From contig JALMLS010000376.1 in the NCBI GenBank assembly GCA_038496445.1, positions 434,001 to 498,000 on the forward strand: DNA of 64,000 nucleotides, read 5' to 3'. The notes beneath the pieces were generated by a model. It was not told the DNA's origin, did not search any database, and saw only the letters and a program-made list of their open reading frames with translations. The stretch's first letter is position 1. Each line of letters opens with the position of its first letter. The stretch comes from Trichosphaerium sp. ATCC 40318 (taxonomy: Eukaryota > Protista > Tubulinea). Below, one piece after another: positions 24,696 through 38,828 of this stretch. The translations under genes were made by a program, and so were the position numbers.

Positions 24696-27600
24696 ATGTC
24701 TAAGCGAACAAGAGAAGAAAAAGAAGCGATCACAAACGGCAGTGAGGGCGGTTCTCAACTATCTACCCTTGAGTAAACGAAAAAATTTGGACAATACGCT
24801 TTTACACTTACATTTTGTAGGGCTTCTCCACCGCGCAAGCGCATTAAACATGCTCACTCGGATATAAAAGTACTCAAGTCGGACTTGACAGACAATCGAG
24901 TTGATGACAGTACCCAAAATGACGTAGAAAATTATAGCAAGCCCAAGTTCAGCATCGGCTCACTCAGACCAGAGTTGCCAAGCTTTATACACATGGTAGA
25001 TATTAAGCACTCACTGAAGCCTAAGCCACCAGTTGTACACTCTGTTGCTGTATTATTTGAACCATGTTTAACCTTTGAGAGACTCAAACGTCTTTTGAAT
25101 GCTTCAGTAAGAAATAGAAAAACATCATTTTTGCTTGCGTTGACACTTTGCGACAGAATAGGAGAATTGTTAAGGAACCAATCGGGTGGATTACACAAGA
25201 TAATATCAGATTCAATTTAATTTTATGGCTTCATCCAAACCGTGAAGGTAAAAAGGATATTGAACATGGTAAAAAATTAGTTAAGGGTGGCAAGAGAAAA
25301 GTGTACTTGGCGAATATCCATTTTAATGCATACAGCCGGTAAGAATACAAATGAGATGTTCAATGCTTACTTCTCTTTATAGAGTGAATAATACAAAGTA
25401 CCAAGATGCTCACATTGATTCAACTACACGCGTTTATGAAGTGATGAAGTTTTATGAAGATCTCGAAGAGGACAACGTCAATGGCCCTCAAAAGGTGTAC
25501 CTCATTTCAACGCTTACAAGGACACAACTTGGTTCTGATAATATTGTCAAAATATCTGATGTGCAATTGACACTGCCCGGCGAAGGGTCTGAATATGTCA
25601 AAGCAGAGGTTGAGGTGAGACTTTCTTTACATGATGTACATTACTGATTGTTACGTACAATACTAGGATGTGATTAAAAAATCTTGTGGAATGGTTCAGT
25701 TTTTATATCAACACAAAGCACTTGATAGACTTCTTCAAATATCTTTCAATAAACTCATCACAACTGATAAACGATTTATGACTACAGCAGAAAAAACACG
25801 TGCAGAACGTATCATGCAACGTAGTCTTCTATTTGGTGTTCTTTTGTTTGCATCCAAGCAAGATAAAACGCCAATTGGATTATTCAGATATTTAAATGCA
25901 AATCAAGACTTACACGTGCGTATGACTTTTTGTTTCAACTACAAAATGTCTAACTTTATTCCTTTCAGTCCAAACAAAAAGCACATTTTTACCAAACTAT
26001 GGATGCCGAACCATTTCATTCATTAAATATATTGAGGGTATGGCATTTTGGTAAGAGTAGCATGTGATTGTTAATTGTTTGCGTGTAGTGGATTGGTAAT
26101 TTTCGGTCAATATCTCAGACATCCAAAACAGCTTCAAGGATATCACTCAGTTTCTCATCTGGAAGTATCATACGCGAAGCTTGTAATTTCAAAAATATCA
26201 AAGTACGTACTCTCAATCCGTGGGTTGCTATTTGTTAAAACTCAATCAAATAGGTGATACCTGAAATTGTTGCAACAAGTTCAAGTGGCAATACATTCTG
26301 TTTGACTGATGGTTGTGGTCAACTCTCTGTACGTCTTTTTGGTTTTCGTGATTGTATTTTGTTATTAACTCCATTTCTCAACAGCTACAATTGGCGTGTA
26401 GGTATTGGTTTGAACTTGACCTGATTGACAGAAACACTTATGAAAAACTTACATGCAACTCTGAGTCGGAAAACAATTACCTGATCAAAGAGTTCATGAT
26501 TGATCCCAAGAACAATGGCAAAGCACCTTGTTTATTCCAGGCACATATTTTGCTTCGTGAAACTTTTTCTCGTACTTTGCTAGGTTACTTACAAGCTGAC
26601 GCATGTTATAGATCCGGTATCGAGGATGCAAAGGTATTCTCGTGACAAATGAAGATTTGGAAGGAGAATCAATAGCATTTCGCAGAGAAATGATCAAAGT
26701 ATCTCTCAATACTAATTTCATCACAATTCTTGGATATGCCGACTACTCTTCATCTACATTATCTCGAGTGTTCATACTTCTTTGTACTCAGAGAGGAGTT
26801 AGTACGATGACTCGACATACACGCGATCACTAAAGCTGTGAAACAGGTGGTGAAGTGTTTCGAAAAATGCAACAAGAGAGGTTCGATAGGCTCAGTCGAG
26901 TATTAAAAAGTTCTGAGGATGCACAAGGTACACTTGTTTATGAATCAACGACTAATGCCAATGATTTAGAATATCTCACGCGGTCAAAACATAATCCACG
27001 GCTGAGAGATATGATGTGGTTGAACTTTCAAGGCATCGACATTGATGAACCGATCATCAAGAATTTCTTGAGAGCGAGTGTCAAGAAAGAACTTGATCAA
27101 CTCACCAAAAAAACAAAGTTAAAGGTATTTACAATGCTGAAAGCACAGTTTCATTGTTAAATCAGAAATTTTAGAACTCATACTGTTGCTCTTTGTATGG
27201 ATGTATCGATGAGTACAATGTTTTAAAAGAAGATGAGATCTGTATCAATACTTCAAGAAATATACCGGTACCAACAACAACTCTCTTACAACCTGAAAAG
27301 AATCTAAACAATCAATCAGGAAGGAACTAAAGTATTGGTGTCCAGACAACCTTTGTATCAAGCATTTTCACTTCGATACTTTACAGTTCGTCGTCCAAAA
27401 GAAATGTGTCATCTCAAGAATGTTGTGATTTTCTCTCAACAAACAACAGATGGAGTACCACTCTTTTACTGTACGCCACTTATATGGTATAATCTCATGT
27501 TCAGTAATACTAACAATATCAATACAAATAGACATGGAGAAAGGTGATTTGGATGGTGACAGGTACTTTGTGTGTTGGGATCCTCAGATCATCTCATCCT

Positions 27601-29286
27601 TTGAACAAGTTCCTTTGCGTAACAGTTAAGAAGCACTGTTGTTACTTTAAACTAACATTTATTGTATCAGTCCCCAAGCAATTCCGTTATTCTGGCAAAT
27701 ATGAATCAAGTGGCAAAGGAGAAGAAATCCTACAGAACGTTAAGTATAACATGGAAAACTTATCAATAGATAAATACAGACTCATGTGCGAGGTAAAAAC
27801 GATCGCTTTTGATTTAATCCAGAAACTTTATCTCATTTTTTATTCTTAGTATTTTCTCATGTACAATTCAACAACAGGCATCTTAACAAACTACGCTCTT
27901 TGTATGCAAACATGATTTAATTTCAAATTCAAACAATAAATAACACAATAATAGCGGCTCTTGATAAAGGAGAGTTAAAAAAAGCAGAACATTATGGGAA
28001 TTTGGCATCGTAAGCTACAACCTTGATTTTTCTTGTTACTTATCAAACGTTAGGCAATCCATATCATCTTTTAAACATGGTGTATCAATACCAATACCTT
28101 CCGAGCGTGTAGTGGTACCCCATTACTTGGCAAAACCAGATACAAAGAACTTTTACAAGTCCACAAGTGTACACTAAACCAAACAATCGTTTGGGGTTTT
28201 TTTTGCCTCTTACGTGTTTATTAAGGTTCTTGGGGAGTTGCACGATGATTCAATGGAGGCTTTAGATAACTTTGAGAGAATCATTAATAATCCCGACACA
28301 TCGGAGAACCCTTGTGAATGCAAACCGAACCAGTTTGACAAGACAATATCGCAGCCTAATAAAACATTATGGGACAACGTAATCTATAAGAACCTCCACG
28401 ACTTTAAGATCGCCATAGATACAATCAAGAGTTCCGGAAGCTACAAAGATATGATTCGTAATAAAACTGTACATCAAGGTGAGAAAGTGAGCATCACTGA
28501 TGTAAGGAAAAAACAAATCTTGGAGGATAGCAGAACAAAAATGAAACGAGATGTCATTGAATTTCACGATAGAACAAAATGTGCAATTGATTATCTTCAA
28601 GTTGCATTAGTGGCTTACCATCATGTACACAAAAATATAGATGAGTACAGCAGTTCACCACATGGTATATCAATACTTGAAGCACTATGGCAGATATTTC
28701 ATTCAGAGCTTGTTGAAGTCAAACAAGAGAATATGCTAGATCTCATCAAGGTTGTCAGAGAACGTGTTGATAAAGCCATAACTCCTTCTTATCGAAAGGT
28801 GACAGGTATCAAAAGGAAATCAAAAGAACTACAAGAAGTACAAGAACAGAAAAAACAAAAAATTGCTTCAAAATCAGGAAAAAAGCAAGAACGAGAAGAT
28901 GTTAATGACGCTTTTGTGTCACAGTTTTCTATATCGCCATCTACTTCTTCTCCTTCGTCAACCAGTATCCAAAGACATGGAGGGATAGTTAACATACAAC
29001 TGTCGATGACAGAAGAAGAATATGAGAAATGCATGTACGGCATGTCTTTATTTAGGAGTAAGTTGGAGTTAGCAACAAGAAACAATACTGTGCGTGTTTT
29101 AGTAGCAGGAGGATCGTTTTGTTGACATTGTTATTTTTCTAGGACTTTCCGAGAAAATTAGAGACAAGCCCTCCACTAAGACGCAGCTCTGGTTCGTTTT
29201 CTAGTTCGCAAGTTGATTATTCTAGTGACGAAAACGACTCGTTTTCACTCTCTCAACCGTACAAGACAATCTATAAAACAATTTAA
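24696..29286 (+). CDS. Eukaryotic RNA-dependent RNA polymerase, copy B (uninterrupted)
   Basis: Inverted paralog of copy A with the same motifs including GDLDGD near 27543-27560; starts MSKRTREE (copy A MSKRPRQE); last exon starts at 29143. Confidence 0.9.
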
Positions 29287-30027
29287 ATTTCAACCCAGAA
29301 TACGCATTGGTGTAGTGTTCGCTATTGAGTAGATGTTACAATAAATCAAAATATTCGTTTAACAGCATAGTTCTACGCACAAGAAGTGATATGGTTGGAT
29401 CACGTGACACTAATATTGAAAATAACTTAGTTTTCTCCTACGACAAGCTTTCGCTCCTTTGTTCGATTATTGGATGTTCAATTGGTGAGCCTGAAGAGAT
29501 TCCCACAATACTCATATTGCCTACGTTTTGTCTCAATGTCCACACTAACGCCACTTTTAACAAGGTCTAGAAAAAAAATCAAGCCCAGAAAAGTCGTGTG
29601 GTCCGAGTTCTCAAACCATTTCTCCCCGAATTTTATCATAGGTAAAGTTGCTATAACATGTCATTACCAACACTGCGGCCGAAATTAGGTGAAAGACACG
29701 AATACGTTTGAATTCGGGTTGCACTTTCCTAATTAGTGCATTAGAAGTTGCTGTGGCAATCTACTAGACCATGATTCCAATACCACTTTCTAGCACCTTA
29801 CAGGAGAAATGTCTCCCAAACTAATAATTGTCTTGCGGCTTTACAATTTACATTTAATAGTGTCCTTTGAAAGAAGAAAACGGCATGTAGACTATTAAAC
29901 AAGCCGGTGGTATTGTTCGTAAACTTTGGAGAATTAACCGAAAGTCAAGTTACATCACATACACAAATATTCAGCAATAATTTTTTTTTGCCAACTAAGT
30001 CACAACACCTGGAGAAAAAACTAGAAA

Positions 30028-33000
30028 ATGCCCACTTCACGCTGGCGTCAGTTAGGTATGTTATCTAGTGTTATAAGTAATACGCTTAAAACAATTTGAC
30101 ATTTCAAGGCGTTGTGCTCTTGAAGAATTGGTGGTTACAAAAGCGTTCACCAGTTGGTCTGGCATGCGAACTTATACTTCCAATCGTATTTGTACGCAGT
30201 ACATGGAGGTTTTTTGTTATTTACACTTTGTACATAGGCTGCTGCTGCAGGAGCTATTGTACTACTGTTTATGAACGTTGATATTACAGACAAAGGCAAA
30301 CCCGTTGAGTTTCCGCAAGACTTCCCTCTCAGGTAACCCAAAAAAACCCAAAGACGCCAAAAAACGCTTGTAACGCGCAGGATTTGAGCAAATACAGTGC
30401 TTTTGACGCGCGTGTCACTTCGCATAAACTAATTTCCCTAATAGCTTATTCGTTTGTTTAAATGTTACAGACGGTGATATCACTCAGTGTGTATTCGGTA
30501 TAACGCCTAAACCAACAAATGGTAAGCGTAGAGGCGAGAGAACAAGACCCCATTTTTTTTCTTCTTGCTTTTTTTGTTCTTTTTGGATGGACCTCGCCTG
30601 ACATTTGTTAGATTCGAATATACAAAGATTTGCAGAAGAAATAATAACGGATGTGTTAAGACCTCATTTTAACTCTTCGTTATTCGATCCTACTATGGTT
30701 CTAAAATACTTTGATACTGAAGATGATATGGTTAAATTTTATAGGTAAAACTATTTTCCGAAGATTTTTTTTTCTCATAATCAATTGATTGTTTGTCACT
30801 TTGACAAACCATAGAAATTACCGTAATTTTCGTAAAAGTTTCGATCAACTATGCTTTGTATTTTCATTATTACTAATGTCTCAAAAGCGCACCAGAAAAC
30901 TATGCAAGGTTATGGGCAGGTACTAATAAAACCAATTCTTCTTATCGGAACTACTTTTTTTCTCTTTTTTGGGTTTGCTATCATTCATCATATTTCAGGT
31001 TTGGTGTTTGATAAAGTTGGTGACGCTTATCAATATAAACTTCGTATGAACCAGACAGCTCTTCCTTATGAGTAAGTAACGAGTATTTTAAGACTGTTTT
31101 TTCCCGAGTTCTTAACAATTGTAGATCAACTGCAGTTGACTGCACGCAGAGATTGACACAGACAAGAGGAAGTGAAGCATATAGGTATCAATCCCTACTT
31201 TTGAGAAACAAAACACAACTCCACAAACGCTCAACAGTGGTGATTGCGTTAGGCTTTTAGTTAGTAACTAACGTAATTTGTTAGTTCATCTGGTTTTTTA
31301 AAGATTCAGAGTATTACTGAACCTGTTCTGTTGAATCACTTGTTTGCTGAGCGAAACGTCACGTTGGATCCTCCTCTAAAGCTTAATATAACCGTACAAG
31401 AATACCCGCTGACAGGTATCACAAGAGTATTCAAGTGTGTCATACCACAAGTTTATCCGACTGTACGAACAAAAAAAAATCACGTGATAACAAGTTGTTC
31501 TCATCTTAACTTCTCTGTTTGTAGTTGATTATATGGTGCTATGTACCTGCTCTTATTGTGCCTATTCTCAGCCTTGTAAACGAAAGAAAAGAAAAGCTCA
31601 AAGCAATGATGCAAATGATGGGTCTTCACGGATCTGTACGTCCACAAAACTCACGTGATTGTTGCTTGTTTTTTCATCTTTTTTTTCTTTCGGACAATAG
31701 TTTTCTTATATTTTTAAGATTTATTGGTTGTCTTGGATTATAACCATGGCTATCCCAATCTTATTCGCACATATATCACTCATAGTCCTTGGTATCCCCC
31801 TAAAAGTGTTTCAACACAGTAATATTGCCCTTGTATTCCTCTTCTTGTGCTTGTGGGGAGCATCTCTTATCACTTTTGCTATCTTTCTTGCAAGCGCTGT
31901 TAGCAATGCAAGAGTCGCTGGTATTGTCGCTTTCTTTTGGATGTACCTCCTCTCAAGTATGGCGTACTTTCTCGGCAGCGCTGGGAGCATAATACAGCTA
32001 TTTGCGAGTGTGTTATCTCCCATAGCATTCTCATTAGGAGCGAAAGAGATCATGACTCTTGAATTAACAGGAGTGCGTTTCCCTTTTTTTTTTTTGTGAA
32101 TCAACACTTTTTGTTGACACCATTTAAGGCTGGCATGAAGTTCAATAATATGCCTGCAAACTTTGGTATTACGTTGTTTATGCTAGCTTTCGATACTGTA
32201 CTATACACTGTACTTGCTTGGTATGCTAGTCAATTGACTGGAGGTACGTTACTGTGAAACAAAACACAAGTTCGCGTGTTAACTTTCTTGTAAAGGTGGA
32301 CTAGAATCAACTAAAAAATCTCCTTGCTTCTTGTGTATGCCTAGTTATTGGTTTAAAAAGTGTTCTTCGAAAAAAAAGAGAGGTATGTTGATACCAGTGT
32401 GGGCAATAGACACTTATACTTTGCAGTACGGAAAACCAAGAGAAAGCAAAGTGAAGCAAGCGGATTGATTGGTGACCATGAAGGCACTTTAATCGTTGAC
32501 CATAGAAGCGGTGCAAGGCTTAGCGGTGTATTCGAAAAGGGCGATGAATCTTACCACACTGGCATATCCATTGAAGGATTGACAAAGCGCTTCAGGATTG
32601 CAAATGAAGGTCTTGAGTTTACTGCTGTAGATGATATGAACATTGACTTATACAAGGTAAGATAAACATCCATACAGTAATAATCGTGTCCTTTTAGAGT
32701 CAAATTTTCGCCATGCTGGGTCATAATGGCGCAGGAAAGAGTACTACAATTTCGATGCTTACAGGTTTGAACCAAACGTTTTTTCTTCACGTGATAACCT
32801 TTGCTGTACAGGTCTTCTTCAACCATCCGAAGGAGATGCTTTCATAGAGGGTATGAGTATTATTGATGATATGGATAAACTCAAAGATTACATTGGCTAT
32901 TGCCCGCAAGTAAGTGCTTTTTCGTAATATTTGATTGCTGCCATTCTAACTTCACATCTAGCACGACATTCTATTAAATTCTCTTACTGGAAGAGAGCAT

Positions 33001-36000
33001 CTTACTCTGTTTGCATGTTTGAAAGGTGTACCAGCGAAAGAAGTGAAAGGAGAAGTGAATACTCTCATTGATGAGTTAGAGCTTGAAGACAAGGCGGATT
33101 CTCTTTCTAAAGGCTATTCAGGCGGTGTTAAAAGGCGCTTGTCCTTGGGCATCGCCTTGATTGGTGGTAGTACAGGCAAGTAACACTAGATAGACGAAGA
33201 TGTTGCTTTGTTAACTTTTTTTGTATAGTTTTGTTTTTGGACGAACCTTCGTCTGGTATGGACCCAGTTGCTAGGAGGCATATTTGGGATCTTCTCAAAG
33301 AAAAGAAGGAAGGAAAAACGATTGTTTTAACAACCCATTTCATGGAAGAAGCTGATATTCTAGGAGATCGTATTGGTATTATGAGTGATGGTTCTATTAA
33401 ATGTTGTGGTAGCTCTCAATTCCTCAAAAACAAATATGGTATTGGATACTACCTTACAGTTGAGCGTGACGATACGTCACGTGACGGAGATATTCTTGAC
33501 ATTGTTCAGAGTACGTCAACCAAAGAGACTACCAAAATTTTTTGATTTGCAACTTTATTTTGAGGTCTGTGTATGTCGCTTACAATATGTAGAACATGTG
33601 CCTAAAGCAACAGACAGTGGCGATACTGGAGCGGATTTGAAGATTATTCTGCCTCTTAAATCTACTGGTAGCTTCCCAGAGCTCTTTTCAGAACTCGAAG
33701 CGCATATCAGCGATAAGACTGGTACACTTTAACAAGAAAATATCCGACTAAAGAAATACTAGAAATTGGTATCAAAGGATATGGCGTAGCCATGACAACT
33801 TTAGAAGATGTTTTCTTAACAATTACGAAAGCGCATGCACACACTGAGGTATGTCAATCATAAGAGCACATTAACACAGATGTATTCTGGAGTTTTTTCT
33901 CACACGATGTTTAGTCTGAAGATAATGATTACAATACAATGGCTGGTGAAACTCATATCGACCTTGATTCACGTCATGATGATGTAACTGAAAAGCTACT
34001 AACATCGGCAGGAAGCCTTCAAGGTAATATTGTTTAAAACTGAACTTGATTTGTTTGTGCTTTCACTAACTGTTTTCTCAGTCAGTGGATCACTTGCTCA
34101 AGTACCCGAAGCGTCTCGCTTACAACAGTTATGGGCGTTTTTGAAAGTTCAGTTAATGATAAAAAGACGTAATCTCGTTCTCACATTATTCTTCTTTTTA
34201 CTACCTGCTGCCATCGCTCTACTGACTCTAGTATACTTAAAAGTACGTAAAACGCACAACATCGTCCTGTATTAATATTAAACCACTACACCTAGGTCAA
34301 TTCTGGAGGTACAAGTAACGAGTTGCCTGGACCTGTTGACCTTGACTTCATGTTAGTGTTTTTTTGTATTTGAGCAAACCATTTTTCTTATTTTATGTTG
34401 CAGATCTGGATTCCCTATGACAGTGCCTTGGACGATGTATCAGAATGCAACTGGCAACCCTATGCCATTACTTGATGCTTTCGATTTTAAACCAGATGAT
34501 TTAGAGTTTATTAATCGGACGACTGTTTCGTCATTACAAGACTTATTACTTGATGACGATGCACCTTATGAGGAACGTTTACGTCGAAGATTCTTTGCGT
34601 TGGTATTCAACAATATAACTGAAAACGATTACTCCATTACAGTCATGTACAATACAACTGAGACACATTCTTTGGCTCTTGGTTTTAATATGGTATCAAA
34701 AGCTATTGCTGGTTCTATTCTTGGTACAAAGATGTCAAATACAACAGCTTCCGTACGAATACTTATCTTTTTCTGTCCTACCTTTTGAAGTAACTTGTGA
34801 TATCTTAACATGCTCTTTAGACTTTCTTTGGTGCGACAAACGCGGCTTTAGAAGGAAGAGCATCAGCTGGGAATAACTTCAGTGCTACAAACCTTGGAGC
34901 TGGTTTATTTATGGGTATAGCACTTGTTATATCCGTTATTGCACGTGGTATTGTAAGAGAAAAAGAGAGCAACCTCAGGTAACACAAAATCAACAATAAG
35001 GGATTTATTTCTGACTATCTCATTTCTTAGATTCCTTATGGAACTTTCTGGAATGAACAGCGTTGTATACTGGTAAGCTCTTATCAGCTTCATCCTGGTA
35101 CCATTTTTTCTCAAAATATTCTTTTTTTTTAAAGGTCAACACATGGCATTATTGGATTCGTTATTCTATTCTTGTCATACATTCCTGTATTTCTCTTGGT
35201 ACTAGCTTTCGATGGTAACGTATTTTTCATCTGATTTTAATTAATAACTGAGTTTGTTGTAGTGAAAGCACTAATTGGTGTTGGGTTTATTGGATTCTTT
35301 GTTTTATCGCTTCTCTTCATTTTATCAATGCTCATACTAAACTACACTCTGTCATTATTCTTTGTTAAATCAAGTAGCGCATACAGTACGTTTATATCAC
35401 AAGCGGTTCCAGCCACTTGCCCTAGCAATAAGACATTAACTTTTCTTTTCACAGAGAACTTGCTTGTTTTCAATATCTTATCTGGTTTTATTCCTACAAT
35501 TATTGTTCTCATAATGCAGATCGCAACATCGAGTTCTCCAAGCCAATTGATCTCTGATATCACTCCTTATATCGAGAGTATCTTCCCAACAGCAGCTTTT
35601 ATAGCAGGCATATCAGACTTGTCTGCAATGGAGTCTTACAGTTTTATCACAGATAAACGTATGTATATTGAACATTGGTTCTAAAAACAATGAAGGATGT
35701 TAATGTCTACTGCTAGCTTTGAGTGTTGGAGACTTGTTCAAATGGGACAATAATCTATTGAAGAGGCTTGTTTTCATGATCATTAGTATTCTACTTTCTG
35801 TGGTAGTTATGTTTGTGGTTGACTGGAGATCACGCTCAGTCAAAAAGACAGTACCTTCTCGTACGTACTCCTTAGAGTCAAATCTTCAGCAAAGCCACAA
35901 GGACAAACTTATTAACCTTCCCTATAGAGCAAACAATACAACAAGACTTCTTGCCTTTGGGACCTGTAGACGTTGACGTATCTAGTGAGCAACAAAGGCT

Positions 36001-37329
36001 AGAAACAGATACTAGTTATCAACCAGCTGTAAGCTCTTACTTACTTCGTAAGAAGTACAAGCAATTCGTAGCAGTAAGAAACATATCACTTGGTGTATCT
36101 TTCAACGAATGCTTCGGACTTTTGGGGCCAAACGGAGCAGGAAAAACAACGACTATAGGCATGCTGACAAGAAAGTTGGCTCCTTGGGCTGGTGAAGCAC
36201 GTATAGATGGTAATTCTATATTCCAAGACAAGCTCAGCTTGTACAGGAGAGCGCATATAGGCACGTACAGTTTACTTGAATACACAAGAACACAGGAAGC
36301 AATAGTTCTGACTTTTCTTTTTTTTTGATTAGGCTGTTGCTTGCAGTTTTCAGCATTGTTCGATTATTTGACTCCTAGAGAGCACCTTGATTTCTTTTTG
36401 AGTCTTAGAGGGAAACAGCACGGAAATACTAAAAGAATAGTTGATGATGCATTAAAACGTATCAACCTTATGCAATACGAGCAAAGGTACAAATCCCAAC
36501 ACGTGGATTTCAAAACTCAAACTTTTTTTTCCTTTCAGGAACTCGAAGAATCTTAGTGGCGGTAACAAACGTAAACTCTCCGTTGCTATTGCTATGTTAC
36601 CTGGAAACTCTATTGTTTTCCTTGATGAACCTAGTACTGGTATGGATCCTGCTGCAAGACGTGCACTATGGAATGTTGTTAAAAAAGAGAGACAGGAGAA
36701 TAACAGATGCATTATTCTTACGACACATTCAATGGAGGTACACTTTCTTATATTCTTCGCATTATACTAACAGTTTCTCTTCAAGGAAGCCGAAGCACTT
36801 TGTGGAAGGTTAGGTATTATGGTCAGAGGCGAGCTTAGATGTCTGGGAACAACACAACATTTGAAGAGCCGCTTCGGCAAAGGTACCAAAAAACAGCTAA
36901 CAAAGTTCTAACCGCTTGTTTTAAGGCTACCGCCTCATTATTACTGCTCCATCTGAAGGTTATCAAGAATTGCAATCATTTGTGGACACATTAGTCGATG
37001 CCGGTCAAGGTGGTGCAATACTGTTAGAGCACTTCTCTGGTCATTTTACATTTGATTTGAAAGAAATTTCATCATTGGTACACCAACTTACCCAACAGCC
37101 TTATCAAAACACTTACGCTGCTTCCTTTAGGCACGTGTTTTTAAAGAAATACAAGCAAATAAAGATAGACTTAACATAGAAGACTATTCATTATCTCAAA
37201 CATCACTAGGTACGCACTTTAGTACCAAAAAATTGTTATGTTGGTGTTCTCGCTCTAACTTATTTCCTCTTAGAACAAGTATTTTTGCATTTCGCTAAAG
37301 CTCAAAATGAAGATAACCAAGTACGTTAG
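30028..37329 (+). CDS. ABCA-subfamily full ABC transporter
   Basis: WRQL...[68 protein letters not shown], second [15 protein letters not shown] / [10 protein letters not shown] / [23 protein letters not shown]. Confidence 0.95.
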
Positions 37330-37752
37330 AAATGATTTCAGAATAGTGAAGCTTTATGAAACACCATCGAAAAATGTTGTTTAAGAAAATACTAAATCTC
37401 TACATTTAGATTAAAGACTTGGCTACGTAATCAACAATTTCTAGTTCTTGTTTGTAAACAACAACAAAAAATTAAACCACGTTAGGTGAAATAAATAATA
37501 ACAAAACAGTTTATTAGCATCGTTTGTTATTGGAGCTAGACATCCAAGTAAATCAAATTCCTTCGTTCGTCAACATTCTTCAAGTCTCTAATAGAAGGTC
37601 CATACTCTATGATTCATAAAATTCCAATGGTTTCCATAGTAGTAATGGATCAATGAGCATGCAATTTATCTTATGGCTGTGAAAAAAAAAAACCAAAGTC
37701 AAGACTTTTGTACAATCATTTTTCTTTACTTTACATTTATCATTCTTTTTAG

Positions 37753-38828
37753 TTAATTTACATTCTGTTTTTGTTGTTTCTTTTGCTTTTTTAGCAATTT
37801 ACGTCGACGCCGTTTTTGTAATTTGGCGTGACTGGTATGTAGAGTCCAGCTCATACGTGCACTGTCTTTGAATTCTGCTGTATCAAGAGCTTGTGACATG
37901 AATGGATGATTCAGCAACTCTGATGCAGTTGATGGAATATCAAGGTCTAGGCATCTCTTGACAAAGTCTTTAAGTACCAAATCACAATCATTGTCATATT
38001 TTTCACATAATCTATCGAGGGCTGTGTTGGTGTTTCTTTCGCTTCCATCAAAACAGTCTGGATCGTTTCTCATCGAAGGCGAAGGAAAGATTTGACGAGC
38101 AGGCATAGCGAGTTGTATAGCTAGCATCCCAATTGCGTAAATATCGCTTTCTTCGTTGTATCCATCGTTCTTTACATTAGGTGATACAAAGCCCATTGTA
38201 CCAACAAAGTCTTTTGAATCTTCCAAGTCAGTTTTATATCCGGCTAGTCCAAAGTCAGCCAGTTTAGGGACAAAGTCTGGTGTAACCACAATGTTTTCTG
38301 CTTTGATATCGCGGTGAATGATACCAGAATCATGTAGTTTGGAGACAGCGGTGAGGGTTGCCTTAATAACAGTTGCTATCTGCGGGTTGGTCACACGCTT
38401 CAATTCTGCTGCATCACATATTGCCCTTGGCATGACCAAGGCTACATCTTTCCCGTCATCAACATACGCCACCGGTTCGAGAATATTGTCACATTGTACG
38501 ACTCGAGATAGGTCATATTCGGTTTTCTAAACGATTGTAAGACAATACCTAAAAACACCCAACTTGGCAAAAAATACAATAAAAAAGGGACGTACCAGGT
38601 TTCTGCCAGGTAATCGATCTCCTCTTGGCTCTTGCTCGTTTTGTCCAACACTTTAACTGCGAGTTTAGCGCCAGTTCTCTTGTCTTGTGCCTTGAACACA
38701 GAGCCAAAGCCGCCTTTGCCAAGAGGTTTTGTCGAAGTGAGTTCGAAGCTCGTTTTCGGTGTCCTGCCAGTTAATCGGTAGAAAACGGAAGTTGCACAGT
38801 TCGAGATAGCGTTTACAATTTTAGACAT
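37753..38828 (-). CDS. Ser/Thr protein kinase (one intron)
   Basis: LGKGGFGSV, LAVK, IIHRDIKAEN, LADFGLA, FVGT, SDIYAIG, ELLNHPF. Confidence 0.9.

Larger units (their letters stand above)
18491..29286. repeat. Large inverted duplication (arms about 4.3-4.6 kb, spacer about 1.9 kb containing Mpv17)
   Basis: Long near-identical reverse-complement blocks, e.g. about 19280-22330 versus 25210-28200. Confidence 0.9.

Noticed and set aside
18491-29286. RdRPs as viral or endogenous viral genes, or as frameshifted pseudogenes
   Set aside because: The motifs are cellular DxDGD double-barrel type, and the frame changes examined are explained by short introns.
18491-29286. RdRP arms as giant TIRs of a larger element carrying Mpv17
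   Set aside because: No TSD or terminal motif was seen at the arm ends, and the MULE has its own TIRs and TSD.
29325-29900. Coding-like patches between RdRP-B and ABCA
   Set aside because: No consistent frame or family similarity could be assembled.
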